Positions 49,236-59,175 of a DNA stretch of 64,000 nucleotides are shown piece after piece (positions within the stretch are counted from its first letter, which is position 1; every line of letters begins with the position of its first letter). Under the pieces are notes generated by a model. It was not told the DNA's origin. It made no database searches and saw only the letters and a list, made by a program, of their open reading frames with translations. The stretch lies in sequence record DRR723986_5550; one strand, given 5' to 3'. The translations under genes and the position numbers were made by a program.

Positions 49236-50495
49236 ATGAACCCGACCACCATTGAACTGATTGGCGCAATTCTTTTTGCAATTGCTGTCATTCACACCTT
49301 TTCAACCAAATACTTTGAGCGCCTGGCGCACTCGCAGCCAAATCACTCGGGCTTGTGGCATTTGCTGGGTGAAGTGGAGGCCGTGTTCGGCTTTTGGGCC
49401 ATGGTGCTGGTTGTGTTCATGTTTTTCATCATTGGTCAAACCAGCGCAATTGAATACGTAGACACGCGCAATTACACCGAACCTTTGTTCGTATTCGCGA
49501 TTATGGTGATTGCTGCCAGCAAGCCAATCCTGGTGCTGGCCGGTCGCATTGTGCGCGTGGTGGCTTCTGTAATTCCCATAGACCGGCAGGTGGCCTACTT
49601 TTTCACCACCTTGTCCATTGTTCCTTTGTTGGGCTCGTTCATCACTGAGCCCGCAGCCATGACACTGGCGGCCTTTTTACTGCGCGACCGCTTTTACACG
49701 CAAGGTATCAGCAACAAATTGATGTACGGCACTCTTGGTGTGTTGTTTGTCAATATCTCGATTGGTGGCACCTTAACGCCATTTGCTGCACCGCCTGTGT
49801 TGATGGTGGCCGCCAAGTGGGGTTTTGACATGCAATTTATGTTGAGTACATTTGGCTGGAAAGCTGCAGTTGCCGTTTTTGTGAACGCGACGGCACTCAC
49901 CTTCTTGTTCGCCAAAGAATTGAACGCCATGAAAAAGCCTGCCGAAAACGGTCCCAAAGAAGACATGCCTGTGTGGGTGATTGCTACTCACCTGTTGTTT
50001 CTGGTGGGTGTTGTGGTGTTTGCCCACCATGCAGCGATGTTCATGGGCTTGTTCCTGTTCTTCCTCGGATATACAACTGCTTACAGCCGGTATCAAGACA
50101 AGCTGATTTTGAAAGAAGGGTTGATGGTTGCATTCTTTCTGGCTGGTTTGGTGGTATTGGGTGGCATGCAGGCCTGGTGGTTACAAGACACTTTGAAGGG
50201 CATGAGCCCCACAGCGTTGTATTACGGAGCCACTGCGTTGACGGCAATTACAGACAACGCAGCCTTGACTTACCTTGGCTCGCTGGTTGAAGGTGTGGAT
50301 GACCAGTTCAAGTATGCTCTGGTGGCGGGTGCAGTCACTGGCGGTGGTTTAACCGTGATTGCGAATGCACCGAACCCGGCCGGTTTTGCCATCTTGCAAA
50401 AGTATTTTAACGACGGCTCAATTAATGCGGGCAAACTGTTTTTGGCCGCACTCGGGCCCACCTTGGTGGCCGTACTGGCATTCCAGTTATTGTAA
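49236..50495 (+). CDS. Putative Na+/H+ antiporter (DUF1504 family)
   Basis: HLLGEVE.VFGFWA, ITEPAAMT, NISIGGTLT.FAAPPVLMVA, TDNAALTYL, GGGLTVIANAPNPAG. Confidence 0.85.
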   Translation: MNPTTIELIGAILFAIAVIHTFSTKYFERLAHSQPNHSGLWHLLGEVEAVFGFWAMVLVVFMFFIIGQTSAIEYVDTRNYTEPLFVFAIMVIAASKPILVLAGRIVRVVASVIPIDRQVAYFFTTLSIVPLLGSFITEPAAMTLAAFLLRDRFYTQGISNKLMYGTLGVLFVNISIGGTLTPFAAPPVLMVAAKWGFDMQFMLSTFGWKAAVAVFVNATALTFLFAKELNAMKKPAENGPKEDMPVWVIATHLLFLVGVVVFAHHAAMFMGLFLFFLGYTTAYSRYQDKLILKEGLMVAFFLAGLVVLGGMQAWWLQDTLKGMSPTALYYGATALTAITDNAALTYLGSLVEGVDDQFKYALVAGAVTGGGLTVIANAPNPAGFAILQKYFNDGSINAGKLFLAALGPTLVAVLAFQLL

Positions 50496-50516
50496 TTTGC
50501 AGACCAGGCGAATGAT

Positions 50517-52013
50517 TTGAGCGAACAGAACGTCGATTACCAGGATCAAGAGCCAGCCATTGAGCTGCCTCATGATCTCGATGATGCGCAACGGGCTTTG
50601 GCCGAAGTGCAGGCGCTGTTGCGCAAACAAAAAGTAATCGAGAGTGTTGTTCACAATCAGCAAACCACGGTCAATCCTGAGCGCCAAAGCCTCGTTGAAG
50701 AACTGGTGCACCGCCAGCACCTCACCGAACTGGGCAACAAGCTTTATCTTCTTCACCCCGCCGATGTGGCCTACGTGCTGGAAAGCTTGCCTCAGGAAGA
50801 TCGAATGTTGGTCTGGGGCCTGGTCCGTTCCGATCGCGACGGGGATATTCTTCTCGAGCTGAGCGATGCGGTTCGGGAGAGTTTGATCAAATCCATGGAC
50901 AGCGAAGAATTGTTCGCTGCCACGGAATCGCTGGATGCCGATGAAATTGCGGAGCTGGCGCCCGACTTGCCTCGGGATGTGGTTGAAAAACTGGCCAGTA
51001 GTTTGAGCCTTGAGGAGCGCGAGCAATTACGTGCCGCCATGAGCTACCCCGAAGACACCGTGGGCGCGCGCATGGACTTCGACATGGTGACCATTCGTGA
51101 CGATGTGACACTGGAAGTAGTGTTGCGATACCTGCGCCGGTTTGATGAATTGCCTGACCAGACCGACCAGGTTTTTGTGGTGGATCGTGTGGATCATTTC
51201 AAGGGCAGTTTGCCTTTGGACCGGTTGTTGGTGAATGAACCGGAAACGCTCGTGAGCGAGGTAATGAGTCGTGAGGTGCTGATGCTGTCAGCACTGGATG
51301 ATGCTTACGAGGCTGCGCAGGCTTTCGAACGTTACGACCTGGTGTCTGCGCCGGTACTTGATCCGTCCGGCAAGTTGATCGGTCGCCTCACAGTGAACGA
51401 AGTGGTAGATGTGATTCGCGAGGAAAGCGAGGCCGATTTGCTGTCCAGCGCTGGTTTGCGTGAAGAGGAAGACCTGTTCGCCTCTGTATGGGAGTCAGCA
51501 AAGAACCGGTGGTTGTGGTTGGGGCTGAACCTGTGTACCGCTTTCTTTGCAAGCCGTGTCATCGACACTTTCGAGGGCACAATCGCCAAAGTGGTCGCCT
51601 TGGCCACACTCATGCCGATTGTGGCGGGCATCGCTGGTAACTCTGGCAATCAAACCATGACATTAATGATTCGTTCCCTTGCATTGGGTCAGGTGACTGC
51701 TGCCAACTTCAAGCTGTTGCTGAAAAAAGAGCTGGCCATTGCCGGGTTGAATGGTTTGGTGTGGGGTAGTGTGGCGGGGCTTGCCGCATGGGGTTTGTAT
51801 TTTGGATCTCCGAATGCCGTGATGTTGGGCTTGCTGATGACACTTGCAGTGATGCTGAATTTGCTTGTAGCTGCGCTCATTGGCGTGCTCGTGCCCCTCG
51901 GACTTGAGAAGGTCGGTCGGGATCCTGCCATGGGGTCTTCAGTGCTTCTCACTTTCACCACCGACAGCATGGGCTTTTTCATTTTTCTGGGTTTGGCCTC
52001 CCTGTTCTTCTAG
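50517..52013 (+). CDS. mgtE: Magnesium transporter MgtE
   Basis: LHPADVAYVLE N-domain, CBS pair, MPIVAG..GNSG.QT, DPA.GS..LLT..TD.MGF. Confidence 0.96.
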   Translation: MSEQNVDYQDQEPAIELPHDLDDAQRALAEVQALLRKQKVIESVVHNQQTTVNPERQSLVEELVHRQHLTELGNKLYLLHPADVAYVLESLPQEDRMLVWGLVRSDRDGDILLELSDAVRESLIKSMDSEELFAATESLDADEIAELAPDLPRDVVEKLASSLSLEEREQLRAAMSYPEDTVGARMDFDMVTIRDDVTLEVVLRYLRRFDELPDQTDQVFVVDRVDHFKGSLPLDRLLVNEPETLVSEVMSREVLMLSALDDAYEAAQAFERYDLVSAPVLDPSGKLIGRLTVNEVVDVIREESEADLLSSAGLREEEDLFASVWESAKNRWLWLGLNLCTAFFASRVIDTFEGTIAKVVALATLMPIVAGIAGNSGNQTMTLMIRSLALGQVTAANFKLLLKKELAIAGLNGLVWGSVAGLAAWGLYFGSPNAVMLGLLMTLAVMLNLLVAALIGVLVPLGLEKVGRDPAMGSSVLLTFTTDSMGFFIFLGLASLFF

Positions 52014-52027
52014 AGCGGTAGCAACTG

Positions 52028-53380
52028 ATGCTCTCCATCTCCATCGTCATGCCGGTGTACAACGAGGTGCCGGCACCTGGCGACGATTCCCTCTTGATCC
52101 GAGTTCGTGAGTTGCTTCAATTGCTAAGGCAAAACGACGAGTTGTTGCTTGTCGATGGCGGTTCGACCGATTTGAGTTGGCCTGTTTTACAAACTTTTGC
52201 TGAACATCCGCAGGTGACTGCTATCCAAAGCAACAAGGGGCGGGCGCAACAAATGAACGCGGGTGCGGAAAAAGCCCGTGGGGATGTACTGCTTTTTTTG
52301 CATGCAGACACTGTGCTGACCAAGGCAGCATGGCACGCATTCTTGCTGAGGGTAAATGAGTGTCTTTGGGGGCGATTCAACGTGCGCATTGATGGCAAAA
52401 GTGCGTGGCTGCCAGTGGTGGGCTGGTTCATGAACCAGCGGTCAAGGCTGACTAAAATTGGGACTGGTGATCAGGCCTTGTTTGTCAGCAGTGAGTTGTT
52501 CCACCAGATTGGAGGTTTTCCAAACCAGCCTTTGATGGAAGACATTGAGTTGTGCAAGCGACTGAAACGAATCGCACCGCGAAAATTTGTGGCTGTTGAT
52601 GTTCCTGTGCACACCTCAGGGCGTCGATGGGATGTCAACGGCACTTGGGAAACCATTGTGTTGATGTGGCGCTTTCGGTTCTTGTATTGGCGCGGGGTGT
52701 CCGCCACTCAGTTGGCGACACTTTATGCAGACACACGACAAAAGTGGCCCGTGACGGTTGCTGTATTTGCCAAATATCCCCGAGCGGACAGAGTGAAAAC
52801 AAGGTTGATACCCATGCTGGGTGCCGAGCAGTCCGCCTCGTTTGCCCGATACTTGCTGCTGAGCACTCTGGACAAATTACAGGATGTGAATGTCGCACTG
52901 TGGACCGATGGTGGAAGCCCCGAGGAATGGGATGCCCTGCTGAGGGGCAGGGCAGTTCAGCGTTACATTCAGCCAGAAGGACATTTGGGTGTACGCATGC
53001 AAATGGCGGTTACAACCCACCTGAGCAGCAGTGAACTCGTGGTGCTTCTTGGGCCCGACGCGGTCGAATTTACTTTGAGTCATTTGCGTCAACTGATGGA
53101 AGCAGCCCGCCGACAGGGGCTGGCTTTTGTGCCCGCACACGATGGCGGTTATGTGGCTTTGGCCTGCAACCGCAGTGTATCTGAGATTTTCTCTGGGTCC
53201 ATTGAATGGGGCAGCGCGAGGGTGGCTGATCAAACCCGAGCAGCCCTTCAAGGTCAAGGTGTGCATGCACTGTGGTTACCCCCTCAACTGGACATTGATG
53301 AGCCTGCTGACCTGGAAAAAGCCATTGAATCCGGTTGTGTTCCCGCAGATTGGCATGTACGGTACCAAGTAACAGATTGA
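52028..53380 (+). CDS. Fused TIGR04283-type GT2 glycosyltransferase + TIGR04282/DUF2064 domain
   Basis: N-half: IVMPVYNE, VDGGSTD, GRAQQMNAGA, FLHADT, GDQALF, MEDIE, TSGRRW. C-half: FAKYP..RVKTRL, Q.EGHLG.RM, PAHDGGY, WGS, DIDEPADL. No internal stop. Confidence 0.85.
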   Translation: MLSISIVMPVYNEVPAPGDDSLLIRVRELLQLLRQNDELLLVDGGSTDLSWPVLQTFAEHPQVTAIQSNKGRAQQMNAGAEKARGDVLLFLHADTVLTKAAWHAFLLRVNECLWGRFNVRIDGKSAWLPVVGWFMNQRSRLTKIGTGDQALFVSSELFHQIGGFPNQPLMEDIELCKRLKRIAPRKFVAVDVPVHTSGRRWDVNGTWETIVLMWRFRFLYWRGVSATQLATLYADTRQKWPVTVAVFAKYPRADRVKTRLIPMLGAEQSASFARYLLLSTLDKLQDVNVALWTDGGSPEEWDALLRGRAVQRYIQPEGHLGVRMQMAVTTHLSSSELVVLLGPDAVEFTLSHLRQLMEAARRQGLAFVPAHDGGYVALACNRSVSEIFSGSIEWGSARVADQTRAALQGQGVHALWLPPQLDIDEPADLEKAIESGCVPADWHVRYQVTD

Positions 53381-53416
53381 TTTGGCGATGATGGGTTTTG
53401 TATGCGTCGTGTTGCA

Positions 53417-54154
53417 ATGAAGACCGTTTTTCTTAAAGCAGCGTTGCTGCTAGCCGCTGTGGGCGTATCAAGTGCTGCGCTGGCCCAGCAAAGTGGGGGC
53501 AAGTTGAAGCCTTGGCCAGAGGATCCTGCTGCCGGAATTCCGGCACCTTGGAAAGCACAATATCATCCGGATATTTCCGCGCACACCCAGTTCAAACTGG
53601 TGAAAGTTGGCAGTCAAACCGTGTTAAAGGCCGAGGCCGAAATGGCCTATGGCACGCTGGTGTATGCCTTTGCCAAGCCAACGGTTTTGAGCACTTTGAC
53701 CTGGCAGTGGCAAATATTAACGCAACCCGCCAAGGCGAATTTGCAAAACAAGGCCGGAGACGACGCGGGTGCCAAGGTATGTGCTTTTATTCAAATCGAC
53801 GAGGGAAAACTGGGTTTGGGAACCCGCCTTGCCTTGGCTGCAGCGCGCACACTTTCTGGTGAGCGTCTGCCTGCGGCGACGCTTTGCTATGTGTGGGGTT
53901 CACCGGGGGAGAGAGTGGGGCAGTTGTTTGATAATCCATACACCGATCGTGTGAAAAACATTGTGATTCGCGATGCCGCCAGTGCTGCAGAGTTGATTTC
54001 TGAGAATCGGGATTTACAGGCCGATGCACGCAAGGCCTTTGGTAAAGAACTGCCGGAAGGCCCTGTCATGTTCTCTGGCATTGCCTTGGGGGCTGATTCA
54101 GACAACACCAAATCGAGGGCCGAAGCGTTGTTCGGCAGTGTGCAGGTTCAATAA
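53417..54154 (+). CDS. DUF3047 domain exported protein
   Basis: Signal peptide, L.WQW, KAGDD.GAKV, LCYVW, NPYTDRV, E.RDL.AD...FG, DSDNT. Start is 53402 or 53417. Confidence 0.82.
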   Translation: MKTVFLKAALLLAAVGVSSAALAQQSGGKLKPWPEDPAAGIPAPWKAQYHPDISAHTQFKLVKVGSQTVLKAEAEMAYGTLVYAFAKPTVLSTLTWQWQILTQPAKANLQNKAGDDAGAKVCAFIQIDEGKLGLGTRLALAAARTLSGERLPAATLCYVWGSPGERVGQLFDNPYTDRVKNIVIRDAASAAELISENRDLQADARKAFGKELPEGPVMFSGIALGADSDNTKSRAEALFGSVQVQ

Positions 54155-54275
54155 CGCGGTCAAATGTATAGATGGGTGCTCATTTGCTCGTATCGCACAA
54201 CCCCCAAAATGAGTAAATTACTTACAAAAGTAAATTAATTTATAGTGCGTACTTGTCCTAAGGAGGAATGTCCGC

Positions 54276-54794
54276 ATGAAAAAACTAATCCTTGTCTCGG
54301 CCCTTGTTGTGCCCATTTCAGCAATGTCCATGACTCTGGACAAAAACCGACTCTACATGGGGGGGTCTTATTCGAACATCGATATTCAGTCGGATGGGGT
54401 CTCCATTGATCTTTCTACATTGTCAGTTGTTGGAGGTTTTCGGGTTAACCGTTTCGTCGCGTTGGAAGGGCGTCTAGGTCAAGGTCAAAGCAAAGGAAAC
54501 TTTGCGGGAGCAGTGTTCGAAATTGATCGTTATGTTGGATTGAATCTTGTTGGTACTTATCCGCTAGGTGATGACAGTTTCCGGCTCTACGGTAGTCTGG
54601 GCTACAACGACATCGAGTTTACTGGTTCTGTTCCAGGATTTAGAGTGAGTGATTCGACGGATTCAGTAAATTACGGTCTCGGCATTTCGTACGTTGTTGG
54701 TCCGCTTGAATATCGAATCGGCTACGAGAATTTTTATGACAAAGACAGCATCAAGGCCGATGGATATACCATTACGGTGAACTACACCTTCTAA
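54276..54794 (+). CDS. Small outer-membrane beta-barrel protein (porin/OMP_b-brl family)
   Basis: Signal peptide, alternating beta-strands, GFRVNRFVALEGRLG, C-terminal beta-signal YTITVNYTF; SD AAGGAGG. Confidence 0.88.
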   Translation: MKKLILVSALVVPISAMSMTLDKNRLYMGGSYSNIDIQSDGVSIDLSTLSVVGGFRVNRFVALEGRLGQGQSKGNFAGAVFEIDRYVGLNLVGTYPLGDDSFRLYGSLGYNDIEFTGSVPGFRVSDSTDSVNYGLGISYVVGPLEYRIGYENFYDKDSIKADGYTITVNYTF

Positions 54795-54796
54795 TT

Positions 54797-54818
54797 AAAA
54801 GGGGGCGTTGGCCCCCTT
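54797..54818. terminator. Hairpin between convergent OMP and ribE genes
   Basis: AAGGGGGC-GTTG-GCCCCCTT; the A run gives a U-tail on the minus strand. Confidence 0.75.
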
Positions 54819-54835
54819 GCCTTGATCGACGCAAT

Positions 54836-55465
54836 TTAACCCTGATTCAAATTCATCGTCTTCACGATCCGTTCGCAGTAGCGTGCGATTTGATCGATTT
54901 CCAGATTCACGGGGCTACCCGTTTTCAGGTGTTTCAGGGTCGTCATTTGAACCGTGTGCGGAATCAGGTTGATGTGAATGTCGCATTCGCCTGAAACATG
55001 GTCATCCACCTTGTTGACTGTCAGGCTGACACCATTCACGGTGACCGAACCTTTGTACGCAAAAAAAGGCGACAGGGTTTTCGGTGCACGAATTTGCAGG
55101 TGCCAGCTTTCACCCACCGGTGAAAAATCAACCACACTACCCAAACCATCGACATGGCCGCTGACCAAATGACCACCCACACGATCCGAAAGCCGCATGG
55201 CTTTTTCGAGATTCACTTCACCCGGCTGACTCAAGCCCACGGTCTTCGACAAACTTTCTTGAGACACGTCCACGTGAAAGGTTTGTTCTTCCATGGCCAC
55301 CACGGTCATGCAGGCGCCCTGAATGGCGATGCTGTCGCCAAGCTTGACATCGGAAAAGTCGAGCGTTGGGGCATGCACGGCAAGGCGCACACCTGCATAG
55401 GCAGAGTCTTGAAGGGGTTCTACTGTCTTGATTTGACCGATTGATTCAATGATTCCAGTGAACAT
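54836..55465 (-). CDS. ribE: Riboflavin synthase (alpha chain)
   Basis: MFTGIIE, GDSIA..GACMTV, GGHLVSGHVDG, KGSVTVNGVSLTVN. Confidence 0.97.
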   Translation of the reverse strand: MFTGIIESIGQIKTVEPLQDSAYAGVRLAVHAPTLDFSDVKLGDSIAIQGACMTVVAMEEQTFHVDVSQESLSKTVGLSQPGEVNLEKAMRLSDRVGGHLVSGHVDGLGSVVDFSPVGESWHLQIRAPKTLSPFFAYKGSVTVNGVSLTVNKVDDHVSGECDIHINLIPHTVQMTTLKHLKTGSPVNLEIDQIARYCERIVKTMNLNQG

Positions 55466-55473
55466 GGGTGCTA

Positions 55474-56607
55474 CTACTCCTGATTATTTTGAACCCACGT
55501 GATTCGCAGGTCCTGTCCGATTTGTTCAAATGACTGAATGGCCCAGCTGACGTACGCGGGTAGGGTATCGAGTTCGGGCAGGCGAAACAGGCCCTGGCCC
55601 GGCCCCAAGAACCGTGGGGCAATGTACTGAACGATTTCATCCACCAGTCCGGCTTGCAGGAAAGAACCATTGAGCCCAAAGCCTGCTTCAAGGTGTAGTT
55701 CGTTGATGTTTCGCAGCGCAAGTTCCTGCAACAAGCGCAGCAAGTCTGTTTTTACTTTTCCTGAATGCAAACCCGCCGCGACTGGAGCCACATTCAGGGC
55801 CTCAATGTTTGAAGCGTTAGGGTGTGTAATCAGCCAGCTTGGGGTTTCCGGTTCCGTGTGCGCGATCAAGACGCGCCCGGTTTGTAAGAGGCGAGCATCG
55901 GGTGAAATTTCCAATTTGCTATCTACGATCACTTTCAGTGGCTGGCGCTCAGTGTCAATTCCACGGACATTCAGCTGCGGGTTGTCCGCTTTAACCGTGC
56001 CAATACCACTGAGCACTGCACAGGCCTGAGCCCTCAAGTGATGGCCGTGCAGCCGTGCATCTTCGCCTGTAATCCACTGGCTAACGCCATTATTCAAGGC
56101 GCTAACACCGTCCGCACTGCTGGCCACTTTTAACCTCACCCAGGGACGCTTGCGTTCCATTCGACTAAAAAACCCCCGGTTAATCCACCGCGCCTGCTCA
56201 ACAAGTACACCGTGCGAAGTTTCAATGCCGGCTGCTTGCAAAATGGCCATGCCTTTGCCGGCCACCAATGGATTGGGGTCGAGCACCGCAGCCACCACCC
56301 GACGAACACCAGTGGCCACCAGTGCGTCTGCACAGGGGCCGGTGCGGCCATAGTGGGCACAGGGCTCCAGAGTGACATACGCGGTGCTGCCCGCTAGGGA
56401 AACGCCTCGCGCTTTCGCGTCGGCAATCGCCTGGACTTCTGCATGACCTTCGCCGGCTTTGGCATGAAAGCCCTCGGCTATAGCGAACCCGTCGCGCACA
56501 AACACACAGCCGACCCTCGGATTCGGCGAGGTGCTGTACTGACCTTTCCAGGCCAGTGCCAGCGCATGCTGCATCCAGTGTTCGTCGGTTGGGATGATTG
56601 TGGCCAT
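55474..56607 (-). CDS. ribD: Bifunctional riboflavin deaminase/reductase
   Basis: PNPRVGC, HAE, TLEPCAHYGRTGPC, SQWIT, DNPQLNVR. Confidence 0.97.
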   Translation of the reverse strand: MATIIPTDEHWMQHALALAWKGQYSTSPNPRVGCVFVRDGFAIAEGFHAKAGEGHAEVQAIADAKARGVSLAGSTAYVTLEPCAHYGRTGPCADALVATGVRRVVAAVLDPNPLVAGKGMAILQAAGIETSHGVLVEQARWINRGFFSRMERKRPWVRLKVASSADGVSALNNGVSQWITGEDARLHGHHLRAQACAVLSGIGTVKADNPQLNVRGIDTERQPLKVIVDSKLEISPDARLLQTGRVLIAHTEPETPSWLITHPNASNIEALNVAPVAAGLHSGKVKTDLLRLLQELALRNINELHLEAGFGLNGSFLQAGLVDEIVQYIAPRFLGPGQGLFRLPELDTLPAYVSWAIQSFEQIGQDLRITWVQNNQE

Positions 56608-56620
56608 GCCTTAGTTACTT

Positions 56621-57133
56621 TCAAGCACCTTTTTTGGCAGGGGTGCGGACTTTGGGTTTGCTGGAATTGGAGTTGCCCTCTGCAGGTGCAGTAAGGTGTG
56701 CGATTTCCTCTGAGAAGCTTTGTAGATCTTCAAAGCTTTTGTAGACCGAAGCAAAGCGAATATAGGCCACCGTATCGAGTTGCTTGAGTTGCTGCATCAC
56801 CAACTCGCCCAAAAACTTGGTGTCCACCTCCCGAGCCGCACTGACCAGTAGTTTTTCTTCAATACTGGAGATGGCGTCATCGATCGCTTCGGCGCGGACA
56901 GGGCGTTTACGCAATGCGAGCATCAAGCTGCCACGAAGTTTGTCTCGGGAAAATTCGACGCGTGAACCGTCTTTTTTTACGATGGCGGGCAGAAACAGTT
57001 CAGCCCGTTCGTAGGTGGTGAAACGTTTGCCGCAGCCACTACATTGGCGGCGGCGGCGAATCGCGTCGCCTTCTTCAGACGTACGCGAGTCGACTACCTG
57101 GGTGTCGGCGTTGCCACAAAATGGGCATTTCAT
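56621..57133 (-). CDS. nrdR: Transcriptional repressor NrdR
   Basis: MKCPFC..DSR..IRRRRQC..C.KRFTTYE, ATP cone, [10 protein letters not shown]. Confidence 0.98.
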   Translation of the reverse strand: MKCPFCGNADTQVVDSRTSEEGDAIRRRRQCSGCGKRFTTYERAELFLPAIVKKDGSRVEFSRDKLRGSLMLALRKRPVRAEAIDDAISSIEEKLLVSAAREVDTKFLGELVMQQLKQLDTVAYIRFASVYKSFEDLQSFSEEIAHLTAPAEGNSNSSKPKVRTPAKKGA

Positions 57134-57151
57134 AACGCCGTGGCCCCTTGC

Positions 57152-58396
57152 TTACTTGTAAACAGGGAACTGGCTGGTCAATTCCTTGACCTTGGCACGG
57201 ACTGTGGCCAATGTGGCCTCGTCTTCAGGGTTTTCAAGCACGTCAGCGATCAGGTGGCCCACAGCACGCGCTTGCTCTTCCTTGAAGCCTCGAGTGGTCA
57301 TCGCCGGGCTACCCAAACGAATACCGCTGGTTACAAACGGCTTTTCAGGGTCATTTGGAATCGCATTCTTGTTCACAGTGATGTGTGCATGGCCCAGGGC
57401 CGCTTCAGCCGCTTTGCCGGTAATGCCTTTCGCACGCAGGTCAACCAGCATCACATGGCTTTCGGTTCGACCAGACACAATGCGCAAGCCACGCTCAACA
57501 AGGGTTTCAGCCAGTGCCTTGGCATTCAGCACCACTTGTTGCTGGTACTCCTTGAATGACGGTTGCAGTGCTTCATGGAAAGCCACGGCTTTGGCGGCAA
57601 TCACGTGCATCAAAGGGCCACCCTGAATACCAGGGAAAATTGCACTGTTGATTTTCTTGGCAATTTCTTCTTTCATCAAAATGATGCCGCCACGTGGGCC
57701 ACGCAATGATTTATGTGTGGTTGATGTACACACATCCGCATGTGGGACGGGGTTGGGGTACACGCCTGCTGCAATCAGGCCGGCGTAGTGGGCCATGTCC
57801 ACCATGAAGTAGGCACCTACTTCCTTGGCAATTTTTGCGAAACGCTCAAAGTCGATACGCAGCGCGTAAGCGGATGCACCAGCAATAATGATTTTGGGTT
57901 TGTGTTCTCTGGCCAAAGCTTCAACCTGATCGTAGTCAATGGCTTCTTCCTTGTTCAAGCCATAGGAAACCACGTTGAACCACTTGCCTGACATGTTCAG
58001 CGGCATGCCGTGGGTGAGGTGACCACCTTCAGCCAATGACAGGCCCATGATGGTATCCCCGGGTTGCAGCAAGGCGAAAAACACGGCCTGGTTGGCCTGC
58101 GAGCCCGAATTGGGCTGTACGTTGGCGGCTTCGGCGCCGAACAGCTTTTTGAGGCGATCAATGGCCAGGTCTTCAACCACATCCACATATTCGCATCCGC
58201 CGTAATAGCGCTTGCCTGGGTAGCCTTCGGCATATTTGTTGGTGAGCTGTGAACCCTGAGCTTCCATCACGGCTGGGCTGGCGTAGTTTTCAGACGCGAT
58301 CAGCTCAATGTGGTCTTCCTGACGAGTGGTTTCCTGCTGAATGGCGGTCCACAATTCAGGGTCGGTTTGGGCGATGCCCTTTTGGCGGTCAAACAT
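57152..58396 (-). CDS. glyA: Serine hydroxymethyltransferase
   Basis: [43 protein letters not shown]. Confidence 0.99.
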   Translation of the reverse strand: MFDRQKGIAQTDPELWTAIQQETTRQEDHIELIASENYASPAVMEAQGSQLTNKYAEGYPGKRYYGGCEYVDVVEDLAIDRLKKLFGAEAANVQPNSGSQANQAVFFALLQPGDTIMGLSLAEGGHLTHGMPLNMSGKWFNVVSYGLNKEEAIDYDQVEALAREHKPKIIIAGASAYALRIDFERFAKIAKEVGAYFMVDMAHYAGLIAAGVYPNPVPHADVCTSTTHKSLRGPRGGIILMKEEIAKKINSAIFPGIQGGPLMHVIAAKAVAFHEALQPSFKEYQQQVVLNAKALAETLVERGLRIVSGRTESHVMLVDLRAKGITGKAAEAALGHAHITVNKNAIPNDPEKPFVTSGIRLGSPAMTTRGFKEEQARAVGHLIADVLENPEDEATLATVRAKVKELTSQFPVYK

Positions 58397-58449
58397 AACG
58401 ATTTCCGAAGACGAGAGGGTTCAAGACAAGCCCATTATTCTAAATGATT

Positions 58450-59175
58450 TCAAGCGATTCGACCATCGACTTCGTCCATGTTTTGGCCCGGCTGGTCGTT
58501 GTTTAAGTGCCCGAGCCATGCCCACAAGCGAACCCGTTTTTCGCCTTTGGTATCAATCTCCACCACATTCAGCGCACAGTTGGGCAGTTGCCATTCCCGC
58601 GGCTTTTCCAAGGGCTCGCCCACGCAATGCCGATAGATACAATCGAGTACACCGCCATGGGCCACCAGCAGAGTGGTTTTGCCCAGGTTGGTAGCGCTGA
58701 TTTGTTCGAAAGTGGACATGACCCGGTTGTAAAACTGGGCCAGACTCTCCCCGTTGCTCAAAGGTGCATCAGCCACGCGGTTCTTCAGGCCCGCAAATTC
58801 TTCAGGGCTTTTTGCCTGCATTTCATCGCCAGTGAGACCTGACAAGTGACCATAATCACGTTCCCGAAGGCCTGTATGCAATTCAATACCGGAGATTTTC
58901 TCATCGTGGATGGTATTCGCGGTGACCCGCGCGCGGCTAAGGTCGCTGCTGACGCATCGATGGTAGATCAACAGTCCCTGTGTTCGAAGCAAGTCAAAGT
59001 AATTCCGAAGCAATTGAGCTTGCAACACACCGTGCGCATTCAGGGCGATGTCGGTGTGACCCTGAAACCGCTTCTCCTTGTTCCAGTCGGTTTCACCATG
59101 GCGCACCAGGATGAAGCGCGACCCTGCCGGTTTTTTGCTGACAATTGCACCAAAATCAAGAGCTTGGCTGTTCAA
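58450..59175 (-). CDS. Histidine phosphatase family protein (GpmB/CobC-like)
   Basis: [34 protein letters not shown] start overlaps the tyrS TGA. Confidence 0.9.
   Translation of the reverse strand: MNSQALDFGAIVSKKPAGSRFILVRHGETDWNKEKRFQGHTDIALNAHGVLQAQLLRNYFDLLRTQGLLIYHRCVSSDLSRARVTANTIHDEKISGIELHTGLRERDYGHLSGLTGDEMQAKSPEEFAGLKNRVADAPLSNGESLAQFYNRVMSTFEQISATNLGKTTLLVAHGGVLDCIYRHCVGEPLEKPREWQLPNCALNVVEIDTKGEKRVRLWAWLGHLNNDQPGQNMDEVDGRIA

Noticed and set aside
54836..58449. FMN riboswitch upstream of ribD/ribE or glycine/ZTP riboswitch upstream of glyA
   Set aside because: Intergenic gaps are only 8-53 bp and contain no aptamer consensus.
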